Virus record (IMG/VR): IMGVR_UViG_3300025646_005470
DNA length: 64,000 nt
Origin: a virus
Reading direction: 5' to 3' (one strand)
Of this stretch, positions 27,285 to 37,463 are shown one piece after another; the first letter of the stretch is position 1; every line of letters starts with the position of its first letter. Under the pieces are notes generated by a model. It made no database searches, was not told the origin of the DNA, and saw only the letters and a program-made list of their open reading frames with translations. The translations under genes were made by a program, and so were the position numbers.

Positions 27285-28292
27285 TTATCTTTTTGGCTTA
27301 TCTTTCCAGTTCATATGTACCTGATCAGCACTTGTTGTAGTGGGTTTTGCACCATCTTTTGGTACTCTAGCAGGCGGTATATAGTTCCATTCTGGTCTGT
27401 CTTTTTTTTCTATTGTTTGACTATTATCTAAAACTTCAAATAATTTATCTACAGGAGATAAACTTTTTTGAAAATCATCTTTATGCACAAAAAATCTTTC
27501 CATTTCTTTTGGAAATTTGTGCCAAAGTCTACCTGCTGATTTTCCAGTTGATAACGTAGGAATATAGTCTCGTTCATAAAACCAATCATATATTTGTTGA
27601 CAGTTCCAATTAAATCTAATTGGTTGGTGCTCAACCATTTCAAGTTGTACAATTGGTTTATATTTTAATATTGTTTGTTCTGCTCCTTGTACAACATCAA
27701 ACTCGTGACCTTCTACGTCAATTTTAATAATATCAACATCTTTAAAATTATAACTATCTAAAGTTTTTAATTCTACTTTTTCTGTATCTGGGTTTGTAGG
27801 CCTTGTTCTAATTTGTCCGGTTCTAGTAGGTAAATGTAAATTATCTAAATAGTTATGCCCAGCATTATCAACTTTAATAATAATTTCACTAGTACCTTCA
27901 GAACTGCTTAATGCTTTTTGATAAGTTTGAATTTTACCAGTTACTTTAGCACTAGCAAATCCGTTATTATCTGGATACCATCCTTTTACTTGATTTGACT
28001 GTGTTTGTGCTAATTTAACTGATCTTTCTAACATAGAATATGTTTGCGGTGTTGGTTCAAAAGCATGAACTTCTTTTGCCCATGTGGCATACTCGATTGT
28101 GTTCATACCAATATTTGCTCCAACATCAATTATTGTACGAGCATTTGGTTTTAAATTTCTTAGTCTTATAAGATTTTTCTTTTGATAAGGTCCAGCATTT
28201 GCTATTCTTTGCTGATAAAAAACGTCATCTTTATAAATCCAATATTGACGTCCGTGTGTGTTTGTTACTAATTGTTCTGCGAACTTTGTCAT
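27285..28292 (-). CDS. FkbM-family SAM-dependent methyltransferase (start 28292)
   Basis: IIDVGANIG, VHAFEPTP, IIKIDVEGHE..VVQGA; AGGAGG SD. Confidence 0.88.
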   Translation of the reverse strand: MTKFAEQLVTNTHGRQYWIYKDDVFYQQRIANAGPYQKKNLIRLRNLKPNARTIIDVGANIGMNTIEYATWAKEVHAFEPTPQTYSMLERSVKLAQTQSNQVKGWYPDNNGFASAKVTGKIQTYQKALSSSEGTSEIIIKVDNAGHNYLDNLHLPTRTGQIRTRPTNPDTEKVELKTLDSYNFKDVDIIKIDVEGHEFDVVQGAEQTILKYKPIVQLEMVEHQPIRFNWNCQQIYDWFYERDYIPTLSTGKSAGRLWHKFPKEMERFFVHKDDFQKSLSPVDKLFEVLDNSQTIEKKDRPEWNYIPPARVPKDGAKPTTTSADQVHMNWKDKPKR

Positions 28293-28361
28293 GTTTCCTC
28301 CTTGGTGTCGTTCACACAATATTCCTATATTATAGGACAAGGTGTTATTACTAATATTTAT

Positions 28362-28390
28362 AGTATAATAAAAGATAATTATTTTGTCAA
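28362..28390 (-). promoter_or_regulatory. sigma70 promoter TTGACA-N17-TATACT
   Basis: TGTCAA 28385-28390 and AGTATA 28362-28367. Confidence 0.85.
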
Positions 28391-28402
28391 TGATTAAATC
28401 AT

Positions 28403-28428
28403 AAAAAAGCCCCGACAAGCGGGGCTTT
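28403..28428 (-). terminator. Rho-independent terminator
   Basis: AAAGCCCCG-ACAAG-CGGGGCTTT stem followed by a U-tract on the - strand. Confidence 0.85.
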
Positions 28429-28447
28429 AGTGTAAAAAGTTGTCTAA

Positions 28448-28732
28448 TTAAGCAACTTTTCTTTGCATGATACGGTATTTAACCGCACTTCTTTTGGTAT
28501 CTCTTGTAACAAATCTTAGTGATCTGATATCAAAACCATCTTGTCTCAACTCACAAATTCTTGCTGTTGGTTTCATAATTTTGTATCTAGATACTAACTG
28601 CTTGTTTGTTACTGTAGAGCCTGTACCCCAATAGTACTGTAAGATTCTCTGTTTTTGAGTACCTACTCTGTACTGTGAAGCACCTTTTATTTTTACATTT
28701 TGTAAACCCATGTTTTTCTCCAGTTCTAACAA
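28448..28732 (-). CDS. Small winged helix-turn-helix DNA-binding protein
   Basis: QRILQYYW.TGSTVTNKQLVSRY.I.KPTARICELRQDGFDI. Confidence 0.65.
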   Translation of the reverse strand: MLELEKNMGLQNVKIKGASQYRVGTQKQRILQYYWGTGSTVTNKQLVSRYKIMKPTARICELRQDGFDIRSLRFVTRDTKRSAVKYRIMQRKVA

Positions 28733-28749
28733 GTTAAGTTTATGTTTAT

Positions 28750-28778
28750 ATAATATAGTCGTAATTTGATCTTGTCAA
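28750..28778 (-). promoter_or_regulatory. sigma70 promoter TTGACA-N17-TATTAT
   Basis: TGTCAA 28773-28778 and ATAATA 28750-28755. Confidence 0.75.
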
Positions 28779-29422
28779 CCTTTTTTGTTTAAATAGGATA
28801 ATACAAGGTTTCTTGCTCGTTCTTGGCCAATTAAAGAAAGATGATTTGGTACGTCTTGGCCTTCGCATCCATCTTCTTTAATGATTTTATAAGGTCCGTC
28901 TTTAATTATTTGCATTTGTTCAAATACAATCCAATCTTTGTGAATGTAATCTGTAAAAGCATTTGTAAACACAAGAAAAGGTTTTCCAGTTTGCTGTAGT
29001 TTCCAATATATTGCTTCTGCTATCACAAAAGAATTTAATATTTCTAAATCTTCATTGTAGTATTTGGCTACATATTCTCGTGTTTCTTTTGATTGATTCT
29101 CTAAACTGTAATGATTAATTACATCAGTTCGTGCTTTACTAAACTCACTGTCAAAGTTCCAACCGTCTGATTTTTGCCAAGCAATGTTGATGCGTGTTGG
29201 TGTGGTTAAAAATACTATGCATTTGTCAAATCCATTCTTAATAGCACGTTGCACTTGTGTATAAATTTTTAAATTAGATGATCCTGGTCGTGCATATACT
29301 ATAGGATCATATCCTAAATTGTATTGCCACAGTTGTGAGTTTTCAAACACTTCTTTGTTTGAATATTCAGCACTATCAAAATCACTTGCCCAACTGCAAC
29401 CGCATATTGCAAGTGTTTTCAT
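28775..29422 (-). CDS. SGNH/GDSL-like protein, paralog A (start 29422)
   Basis: ICGCSWA (block I), ARPGSSN..I (block II), C-terminal PNHLS..GQ (block V). Confidence 0.55.
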   Translation of the reverse strand: MKTLAICGCSWASDFDSAEYSNKEVFENSQLWQYNLGYDPIVYARPGSSNLKIYTQVQRAIKNGFDKCIVFLTTPTRINIAWQKSDGWNFDSEFSKARTDVINHYSLENQSKETREYVAKYYNEDLEILNSFVIAEAIYWKLQQTGKPFLVFTNAFTDYIHKDWIVFEQMQIIKDGPYKIIKEDGCEGQDVPNHLSLIGQERARNLVLSYLNKKG

Positions 29423-29523
29423 AAAAGTAATCCTGCTAGAATCGCCAATGTGAAACCAAACACGATCCAGCCCAGTGCATACCCAAAGCACCAAGCAATA
29501 ACTAGTTTAATTAGTTTCCACAT
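29419..29523 (-). CDS. Unannotated 34-aa hydrophobic membrane peptide MWKLIKLVIAWCFGYALGWIVFGFTLAILAGLLL
   Basis: Fills the intergenic gap; its TGA overlaps the ATG of the next gene (ATGA). Confidence 0.6.
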   Translation of the reverse strand: MWKLIKLVIAWCFGYALGWIVFGFTLAILAGLLL

Positions 29524-31030
29524 ATTCTTGTGATCCTGGATTTGGCCCTTGTGGATCTAAAACCCAGCCTTCTTTTTTAGCACGTTCTTCTAGTTCACGT
29601 TTCATCATATTGCCTTTGGTAGAATCACCATCAACAATACTTTGTAGTTGTTTTAGATCAGTCATTGGTATTGATTCGTACCAATCAACTATGTCTTTTG
29701 GAAATGTTTTTGCAAATGATTTGTTTCTTCTTATGTCATACTGTGAATAAAAAGATTTAAAATCTCTTTCTCTAGATTCAATTGAAGAAGTAAATTGGTG
29801 GCCAACTTGTACTTCACGCAGATAATTAATCAAACGTTCAACACCTTGTTGTTCCATATCAAAAAATAATTCGTGCTGTTTACCTACTTTATGTAACCAA
29901 TATTCTAAGTTATCTGCTAAACGTTTTTTAATATCTGTAGGCAGTGTTACTGCTGATTGAAAACTTGGAAAACGCAATATATTAAAACTCATTGCAGGAG
30001 CAAATTGTCCATAGCGTTCTTTTAGTTTGATCATTTCGTCCATGAAATCTGTAATTGAAAACAAGCATAAAGCATTAATAGTCATCATCATATGTAGTTC
30101 ACGTACATTACCCTCGTTCATCATTTTGTGTATGTTGTCTAACCATGTGTTCCATACCAAACCATCACGTATATATTCTGCATGGCCTCCAAATGATTCA
30201 TTTGATGTGTACAAATCAAACTCTTTAAATGCATGACTTTCACGTGCTAGCCTATCTATTAGTTCTGGCTTTGCACCTAAGTTAGAGTTTACTGCTAGTC
30301 GTACATCACAATCTTTATTGCTCTGCCACCATTCTAGCAAACGCCAAAAGTCTTGTGACATGGTTGCTTCACCACCTGTTACTCTTAGTTCTTGTAGTGT
30401 GTATTGTAGATCTGATTTCCACCATTTAAAGAAAGCATCAACATATGGATTACCTTCATTACGTTTACCATATGGCATTGCCCATTTACCATCTTGTTGA
30501 AATGCTCTTGCACCATCTGAAACTAAATTTTGATAAGCACCATCTTTACGTATATCATTTTGCCATGTTGTTGAAAATGAAGCATTACAATAAGAACATG
30601 CATAGTTACAATTGGCATCAAATGCAATTTCTAATGTTTTTAAATTAACATCATCATTCCAATGTGTTTTACTTGCTTCTGCAAGTTGATCTTCTGTGTA
30701 TATCACACTTTTGTAAACTCTATCAGAAACATTTTGCGGACCGATATCTTCAACTTTCCAACAGTATTCGCACTCTTTTGGTCTTTCACCTTCAAGCATT
30801 TGTTTACGCACCATTTTTTTATAACTGGTGTTGTGTATGGCTTTTGGATTTTTTAATACTTCTTCAACAGGTATTTTGTGTGCTGGTGGGTGATGACAAC
30901 TTGCTGTTGTACCACTGTTGAGCCATATAGTAGCATTGTACCATTTAGCACCACAAAAACTTGGTGATATTGGATTGATTACCCTGTCTCTGTACTCTTG
31001 ATATGTTTCTGTTTTTCTTTTCTTTGTCAT
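29507..31030 (-). CDS. Radical SAM protein with an N-terminal twitch-like Cys/His domain
   Basis: SFCGAKW..SCHHP..ECEYCW; CNYACSYC; LRVTGGE. Confidence 0.9.
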   Translation of the reverse strand: MTKKRKTETYQEYRDRVINPISPSFCGAKWYNATIWLNSGTTASCHHPPAHKIPVEEVLKNPKAIHNTSYKKMVRKQMLEGERPKECEYCWKVEDIGPQNVSDRVYKSVIYTEDQLAEASKTHWNDDVNLKTLEIAFDANCNYACSYCNASFSTTWQNDIRKDGAYQNLVSDGARAFQQDGKWAMPYGKRNEGNPYVDAFFKWWKSDLQYTLQELRVTGGEATMSQDFWRLLEWWQSNKDCDVRLAVNSNLGAKPELIDRLARESHAFKEFDLYTSNESFGGHAEYIRDGLVWNTWLDNIHKMMNEGNVRELHMMMTINALCLFSITDFMDEMIKLKERYGQFAPAMSFNILRFPSFQSAVTLPTDIKKRLADNLEYWLHKVGKQHELFFDMEQQGVERLINYLREVQVGHQFTSSIESRERDFKSFYSQYDIRRNKSFAKTFPKDIVDWYESIPMTDLKQLQSIVDGDSTKGNMMKRELEERAKKEGWVLDPQGPNPGSQEYVETN

Positions 31031-31782
31031 ATTAATTTTATTTGATTATTTTCATATATCATTTTGTGTTTTAAATCACTGCGTTGCTTTACATTTTCTA
31101 AAACTGTTAAGTAATTGTTATTTTGTTTATTTTTCATAATACTATTTTGTTTTGGCAAATTTTTCAAAACATAGTAGTTTCTACTTCGTTTTGGAATAGT
31201 ATTAAATAAATTATTATATTCAAAAGTGTTAGTTATATTAATAGTATTTAATATAAAATTATTCATATAATCAATACTAGATTTTAATAGAGTATAAAAA
31301 TAGTTAATACGAGATTCAACTATTTTAATTTGTTGACTGTTTATTTCATTTGTTTGCTGATCAGTTGTATAATTAATTGCTTCGTTATCTAAAATTTTTT
31401 CACTAGTGATGCTATTTATAAGAACATAAAGTATAGAATTAGATACTAGTTGTTCAGCAACATTTTCTCTATATGATAATGTAACCTGTGTATCTTTTTG
31501 TTTGGCAATATTAATAAAATATTCTTTTTCTTGCTGTGTAAATTGTTGCCAACATTCTGGCCATAATTTTACAACATAATTTTTAAGATTAACTATATCA
31601 TTAAAACTTTTTATGTTATACCTTTCACATTCATCTAATTGGAATTGTCTTTGTGGATGAAACGCTTCTCCCAAGTTTGGTAATTGATAAAAATCACTAT
31701 AGTGCTGACATAGTGCTGTACTACCAGACCTGCCACAAATTGTAAAAACAATTACTCTATTAATTTTTTCTTTTTCTATCAT
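31027..31782 (-). CDS. Sulfotransferase-like protein (very AT-rich)
   Basis: N-terminal PAPS-loop-like ICGRSGST..C, LGEAF, YRENVAEQLVS. Confidence 0.5.
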   Translation of the reverse strand: MIEKEKINRVIVFTICGRSGSTALCQHYSDFYQLPNLGEAFHPQRQFQLDECERYNIKSFNDIVNLKNYVVKLWPECWQQFTQQEKEYFINIAKQKDTQVTLSYRENVAEQLVSNSILYVLINSITSEKILDNEAINYTTDQQTNEINSQQIKIVESRINYFYTLLKSSIDYMNNFILNTINITNTFEYNNLFNTIPKRSRNYYVLKNLPKQNSIMKNKQNNNYLTVLENVKQRSDLKHKMIYENNQIKLI

Positions 31783-31787
31783 TTATA

Positions 31788-33173
31788 CTATTTACACATG
31801 TTATAAAACTCTTCTAGTTCAGGAAAAGTTTGTTTAAAATTTGTTCCACGTCTGCGATCATGCTCATCAACAAACAATTTAAAATCACGTCTTGACACAT
31901 CTACATTAATACGTTCTGCTTCATGTGGACCTGCTTTTATATAATCTATAAATCTACGCATCTTTTCTATTTCAAAATCAAAAAATCCTTTGTATGCATT
32001 GTCATGTGTTTCTGCGTTTGCATTCATAATAGCCAGTGCAGGTTCTAGCATTTCCACATACTCTGGTGGTAATATAACTGCTGATTGGTGTGCAGGATGT
32101 CTTAGTATTGCCATATCTAGTGTGATAGGCACTTTACGTTCATTTGAATAAAATTCTCTTTTTAATGGATGTATATCATCTACCATTTTATAAAACTTTG
32201 GTACACTCAATAAGTTTGTTGTACACATAACAGTGACTTTGGTTAGTGGAAGTTCTTCTAATACTCTACATACATTATCATACCATTGATTGTAATTTAA
32301 ACCATTTCTAATATATTCTGCTTGTGGACCCCATGTGTCAACACTAGTGTATAATCTTGTTCTACCAATTTTACCATCTAAAGTAATACGTTTCATCTTT
32401 TCAATGTATTGATTAAACAACTTTTTTGGTACACATGCATTTGAATTAATACTTAATTCTAAATTTGGATTTGGATTAACATTTATATAATCTAAAACTT
32501 TAAATGTGTCTTTGGTCATTAAAGGCTCACCGCCTGTAATTCTAAATACTTCTAGTGTTTTATATAGTTCAGGAAACCATTTCCAAAATGCCGTTACATA
32601 AGGATTTGCATCTTTGTGTGGTATAGGCATTTTGTCTTGTTCGTATAACCAATCAAAATTATTAAATTTATTTGATGTTGGATAAGCACCATACTGTGCA
32701 ATTTCTTCTGTCCACTTTGAACTAAATGCTGGCGAACAATATGAACATTTAAAATTGCACACATTTGAAAATGCAACTTCAACGTATCTTGGATTTACAT
32801 TGTCCTGCCAGTCTGATTTAGCAATAGCGTTTAAGTGGGGACGAGCCCATGTGTCATGGGATTTGAGGTGTCGATCGCTGATATGGTCCCCACCTAAATC
32901 TTCTACGTTCCAACAGTATTGACATTCTTTTGGTCGTATGCCGTCTAACATCATTCTACGTTGTTGTTTTTTAAACTCCGTATTATGAAGTGCTGTTGGG
33001 TTTTCACGTAATTCTGTTAAAGGTATTTTATGTGTTTGTGGATGGTGGCAAGAGTGTGTATGGCCATTTTGTAAATGCATTGTAACCTGCAACCACTTGG
33101 CTGTACAAAAACTAGGAGATACTGCGTTGAGTTGATCTCTTGTTTCTTTTATCTTGCGAACTTCATCTGTCAT
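31788..33173 (-). CDS. Radical SAM protein, paralog of 29507-31030
   Basis: SFCTAKW..SCHHP..ECQYCW; CNFKCSYC; FRITGGEP. Confidence 0.9.
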   Translation of the reverse strand: MTDEVRKIKETRDQLNAVSPSFCTAKWLQVTMHLQNGHTHSCHHPQTHKIPLTELRENPTALHNTEFKKQQRRMMLDGIRPKECQYCWNVEDLGGDHISDRHLKSHDTWARPHLNAIAKSDWQDNVNPRYVEVAFSNVCNFKCSYCSPAFSSKWTEEIAQYGAYPTSNKFNNFDWLYEQDKMPIPHKDANPYVTAFWKWFPELYKTLEVFRITGGEPLMTKDTFKVLDYINVNPNPNLELSINSNACVPKKLFNQYIEKMKRITLDGKIGRTRLYTSVDTWGPQAEYIRNGLNYNQWYDNVCRVLEELPLTKVTVMCTTNLLSVPKFYKMVDDIHPLKREFYSNERKVPITLDMAILRHPAHQSAVILPPEYVEMLEPALAIMNANAETHDNAYKGFFDFEIEKMRRFIDYIKAGPHEAERINVDVSRRDFKLFVDEHDRRRGTNFKQTFPELEEFYNMCK

Positions 33174-34180
33174 TTTAAAACTTTGTAACGAGTTATTCCG
33201 TCATTGCCTTTCTCAGTAACAAATGCACCTGATCTAGGTGGGTTCCAATATACTTTCTTAAAGAAAGCAGAACCTTCTGCACTTAAATCATCAATTTGTA
33301 AGCCAAGGCGACTTCTTAATTCTTTACCAAGTCTAACAGTTTCATTCCAAAGTTTTTCTCTACTCCAAGAAAACTTTTCATGATGGCAAGTTTCATCTTC
33401 ACCAATAAATTGTGGTTTAACAGTTTCATTCCAGAATTTAGTGTGCCATTCAAAATCTCTTACATTGACAAAATCCCAATCTGTGCAATTGGTCATATAA
33501 CAACCAAGTCGTGTGCCATACAATGCCCATAATCCGTTTTCAACATCTTGGCCTACAGTTGCCCAAATTAAAAGTCTATGATAGTTTTTGTCATGTATAT
33601 TCTTTTCAAAGTTAACAGGATCAACTTTAAATCCTCTGTCCAAACTCATCTTAACACCTTCTCTAAATCCTGCTCTATAAGCCTGATAAGGTGTGGCGTT
33701 GTTATACACATGAGAAAAGCATTCGTTAAGTTGAATATAATTCATATCCCAACAAAAGTCTACTGCTGAACCTTCTGATTCTGCGGCTTCGTGGGTCTTC
33801 ATATCAAGTACTGCTTGTTTAGGCCAACACTTAATACCACCATTGCCATACATTAATCCATTAATATTGTTATAACCTGTAAATGATATTACAGATTGTG
33901 CTAGATTTAAATTTTCATATTCAGTAAAATCTAATTCTAAATCAATTAGTTTTTCATAGTTTACTAATTTGTTATCACCATCTACAGTGATAAATCTATC
34001 AGTATCACTTTGATTAGCACAGGCCTTGTGTGCGGCATCACTACCTTCAACGCCATCTACCCATTTAGCCCATGGTATTTTATCTTTGATATCTGCCCAA
34101 TGTTCTTGTTTATTAGGTTCATCATATGACAGATAAAATATATCTATATCTGCAAATTTTATTTTCATATCAGCACTCAT
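33170..34180 (-). CDS. Glycosyltransferase-like protein (GT-A, DxD)
   Basis: FYLSYDEPN..EHW, ITVDGDN, NGLMYGNGGIKCWP. Confidence 0.55.
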   Translation of the reverse strand: MSADMKIKFADIDIFYLSYDEPNKQEHWADIKDKIPWAKWVDGVEGSDAAHKACANQSDTDRFITVDGDNKLVNYEKLIDLELDFTEYENLNLAQSVISFTGYNNINGLMYGNGGIKCWPKQAVLDMKTHEAAESEGSAVDFCWDMNYIQLNECFSHVYNNATPYQAYRAGFREGVKMSLDRGFKVDPVNFEKNIHDKNYHRLLIWATVGQDVENGLWALYGTRLGCYMTNCTDWDFVNVRDFEWHTKFWNETVKPQFIGEDETCHHEKFSWSREKLWNETVRLGKELRSRLGLQIDDLSAEGSAFFKKVYWNPPRSGAFVTEKGNDGITRYKVLK

Positions 34181-34183
34181 TGT

Positions 34184-34798
34184 TTACACCTCTACCATCA
34201 AATAGTCGTCATATATTCTTCTTGTAAACACATTACAAGAATGTAGTTCTCCTTTATAAGGAGCAGTTAGTTTATCCTGAGTAAGCAGTTGCGTTACAGG
34301 AACATAATAACTAGCAAACAGGTCATGTGGGTCGCCTGTTTCAGTTATAAAAAAGTTTAACACACTTGTACCATTAATCACCAGTATTTCTGGATTGGTA
34401 AATTTTTGTGTTTTACCAGTCAGTTGATACTTGCTGGCCATGTATGCTTTTAGTGTTGGATTAAATTCAAAACTAAATGTTTTTTGTTTTTTGTCATGTA
34501 CAACTCTAATATCATAACTTAAATCTTCTGCGTTGCCTTTTGGAATATTAATTAGTGTTTTATCAATTTCTCTAATATCTAAATGTATTTCTTTTTTAAG
34601 TATTGAAAAATCTGTTGGGTCTTTTGGATTTAATTTAACATAATACTGTGATTGAACTTTTGTACCGTCAATAAATTCACGTACATCATCAAATGATATT
34701 TCATAATAAGGATGATTCACATTTGCTTCTACTTCACGAGCAATCTTTACAATGTCTTTGGTTTCTAAATCATAATATAATATTCTTGTGTTAGTCAT
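34184..34798 (-). CDS. Hypothetical protein in the glycosyltransferase operon
   Basis: Translationally coupled ORF. Confidence 0.7.
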   Translation of the reverse strand: MTNTRILYYDLETKDIVKIAREVEANVNHPYYEISFDDVREFIDGTKVQSQYYVKLNPKDPTDFSILKKEIHLDIREIDKTLINIPKGNAEDLSYDIRVVHDKKQKTFSFEFNPTLKAYMASKYQLTGKTQKFTNPEILVINGTSVLNFFITETGDPHDLFASYYVPVTQLLTQDKLTAPYKGELHSCNVFTRRIYDDYLMVEV

Positions 34799-35663
34799 TG
34801 ATTACTGCTTCTTCATATGTTTTAATCATACTATCTGTTAAAAAGTTTTTAGTAACATAGTGTACAATACCACTCTGTTGATAATTTCCAATTTTTAATT
34901 TACACTGAGGTGTAAAATATGAACCAATGTGTTTGGTCCAATCTTCTGTGCTACCACTACGCCAACCTTGTACTTTTGATTTCATGTGTGTAAATGTTGG
35001 AAAATCAATTGATGGATTTGTTGCACGTTCAACAATGTCTAGCATTTTCATTGACATTGCATACACAACATCAGCACTTAAAAATTCTTGCTTTGGTAAT
35101 ACAAGTGCAGAGTCTCTATAGTATTCCCAACGTCTAAATATGTCTTCTACAACATTAAAATATTCATTTACCATATCTGATTTTTTATTAAAATAAAAAA
35201 ATGCTGTGTAAACGTTTGGTAATAAATTTGGTCTAAATGTTTTTCTATAGTGCCTATCAACAACAGTTTCTCCTCTATAGGTTTTTACATTAGTTGTAGC
35301 CATCATATCCCATTGTGTTAGATAATCCCACCAATGACTTACATCACTCATAAACAACATATCTGTGTCTAGGATTACTGTTTGTTCATATGGTGTGCAG
35401 TGATAGTATTTCCACTTGTTGTTGATTTTCCAATCAGCCATTTGTGCATCATCTTCAAATGGCAATTCAATAATTTCATCAAACGCCCATTGATAGTGTG
35501 TTGGTACATCTTGCTTGTTAATCACCGCTACAGAGACGTTATTGACGCCTTTTTGTGTGTGTTTAATGCTGAGAGCAAGTGCGTATGCCATACGTACATA
35601 GTCAATAGTATTGCCGTCACTGTCTTTGGTATTCTGTGCTATTACTAGATATCCCTGTTTCAT
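34791..35663 (-). CDS. Glycosyltransferase, GT8-like
   Basis: YVRMAYALALSIK, TVILDTDMLF (DxD), FFYFNK, FTHMK. Confidence 0.7.
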   Translation of the reverse strand: MKQGYLVIAQNTKDSDGNTIDYVRMAYALALSIKHTQKGVNNVSVAVINKQDVPTHYQWAFDEIIELPFEDDAQMADWKINNKWKYYHCTPYEQTVILDTDMLFMSDVSHWWDYLTQWDMMATTNVKTYRGETVVDRHYRKTFRPNLLPNVYTAFFYFNKKSDMVNEYFNVVEDIFRRWEYYRDSALVLPKQEFLSADVVYAMSMKMLDIVERATNPSIDFPTFTHMKSKVQGWRSGSTEDWTKHIGSYFTPQCKLKIGNYQQSGIVHYVTKNFLTDSMIKTYEEAVIND

Positions 35664-36214
35664 TATGTAACCTTGTTGTAGATCTGTGTCCAGTTGTCTA
35701 CTTTTTCTATGCCTGTGTGATCGTGTTGTGCATTATATTCATGCTTCATAAGATATGTTTTTAATCCAATGTCTGCACCTGCTATTGCATTTGACCATTT
35801 GTCTTCTACCCATATAGCACCACTGCCTCTCCATTGTGATAACCATTTGCCTTTTGGTTCCATAAAAGGAATAATGTCCAATTTTGCAAACACATCTGGA
35901 AATAGATTTTCAATATTTTGTTTTCTCAATGCATTAGCATATTGATCAGAACCCATAGATGTACAACCATATATTTGCCAACCTTCATTTTTTAAAATGG
36001 GTAATATTTCTCTTGCATCTTTGTGTGCATCTAGAAAACCAATCCAAGCAGTCTTGTTAAAATCTTCAATCATTACTCCTATATCTTCTGTTTGAGAAAA
36101 TGTAGTTGGATTCATTAATTTTTGTTCAGGATGATACTGCATAAGATATTTGTTAAAGTGTCCACTCCAATCTAGTACAACACCATCAATATCTGTTAGT
36201 ATAATTTTACTCAC
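35663..36214 (-). CDS. HAD-family 5'(3')-nucleotidase-like phosphatase
   Basis: LTDIDGVVLDW (DxD motif I), CTS, VEDK..NA..G. Confidence 0.8.
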   Translation of the reverse strand: MSKIILTDIDGVVLDWSGHFNKYLMQYHPEQKLMNPTTFSQTEDIGVMIEDFNKTAWIGFLDAHKDAREILPILKNEGWQIYGCTSMGSDQYANALRKQNIENLFPDVFAKLDIIPFMEPKGKWLSQWRGSGAIWVEDKWSNAIAGADIGLKTYLMKHEYNAQHDHTGIEKVDNWTQIYNKVT

Positions 36215-37091
36215 TGTACATCTCCACTATTTTTTTACTTTGTCGTACAATTGAATATTTGTTCATTACATGAACATTAACACCATCGGTACGTGCTGGA
36301 ATAAATTTACCTGGCTCGCTGGTCTTTTCTAATAAAAATGATAATGAACCTTTAGAATTAACATCATACAATTCATCATAATCTAATGTGTGTTGTAAAA
36401 AATCTACAGGTAAATGTTTAACTAGTCCACTGTTAGCAAATCCATTAAACATATGAACTGCAATACTAAATGCATGATCATTTCTAAAATTATATGTTGT
36501 TATACCATACATGGTTTTGAAATATGGATAATTTGCTTTAATGGCTTCTAGTAGATTAAAAAACATTTCTGTTTCTGGTGACTTTCTAAAATAAAAAGCA
36601 GTAGCCCAATAAAAGTCAATACCAAAGTCGTCTACTCTATCAAAATTTAAATCATGTCTACCAGTTAATAAATCTCTACTGTGTTTGTTTATTAATAAAT
36701 TTTCTTTGTGATTCCATACAGCATTTAAAGTATCATTGCAAATTAAATAGTCAACATCAATTACAAGTGTTTCATCATATGGTGTTTCTGTATACACTGT
36801 TGATCTATTAATATTATAAAAAGGTAACAGGTTAACTGTATGTCTAGTATCTCTATATCTTTTGTTGTTGTCAATTCTACGTCTTTTAACAACTTTTACA
36901 TTTTCAAATGTTGAATCAATTATGTTTTTGTCCCAAGTATCATTCATATGACGCACAGTACCTTCATCGGTAATCAAGGTAATGTTGTTAACACCCATAT
37001 GGTGTTTGATCATAGTAGCATTGGCAATTGCTACACTTCCATAATCAATTTCTGTATTGTTATGGGCAAATAATACTATGCCTTGACTCAT
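36207..37091 (-). CDS. Glycosyltransferase, GT8-like, paralog of 34791-35663
   Basis: GIVLFAHNN..IDY, TPYDETLVIDVDYL (DxD), WATAFYFRKS, FRNDHAFSIA. Confidence 0.7.
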   Translation of the reverse strand: MSQGIVLFAHNNTEIDYGSVAIANATMIKHHMGVNNITLITDEGTVRHMNDTWDKNIIDSTFENVKVVKRRRIDNNKRYRDTRHTVNLLPFYNINRSTVYTETPYDETLVIDVDYLICNDTLNAVWNHKENLLINKHSRDLLTGRHDLNFDRVDDFGIDFYWATAFYFRKSPETEMFFNLLEAIKANYPYFKTMYGITTYNFRNDHAFSIAVHMFNGFANSGLVKHLPVDFLQHTLDYDELYDVNSKGSLSFLLEKTSEPGKFIPARTDGVNVHVMNKYSIVRQSKKIVEMYSE

Positions 37092-37441
37092 GCCGGTTCT
37101 ACTAGTTTTGCTGTTCTTCTTTTGGTCTGCATTTCACTATACTGTTTGTGATAATCATTTGTTACTTCAAAGTATCTTGAAACAATTTCTGTTAAGAACG
37201 CTTTTAAATCATCAATTTTGATTGGATTTTCATTAACATCTAACAATACCATTTCATTGTAACCTTGTTGCACAAATGTTCCAACAAACGCAATCAACTC
37301 TTGTGTTACTTTGAAAGTACCACCTTGGGTTGAATATGATAGCAGAGCTTCACTTTTGTTTTTGAGAATTTGCTTTTGGTTAAAGAATGTTTGTCTGTAG
37401 TTTGCAAATTCAAGAGCTTTGTGTAAGCGATCGTCTGTCAT
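37088..37441 (-). CDS. Conserved-type hypothetical protein (possible fibre chaperone); first gene of the operon
   Basis: SD GGAGG; 4-nt overlap with the next gene. Confidence 0.65.
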   Translation of the reverse strand: MTDDRLHKALEFANYRQTFFNQKQILKNKSEALLSYSTQGGTFKVTQELIAFVGTFVQQGYNEMVLLDVNENPIKIDDLKAFLTEIVSRYFEVTNDYHKQYSEMQTKRRTAKLVEPA

Positions 37442-37463
37442 TATATACCTCCATATTTTTAAA

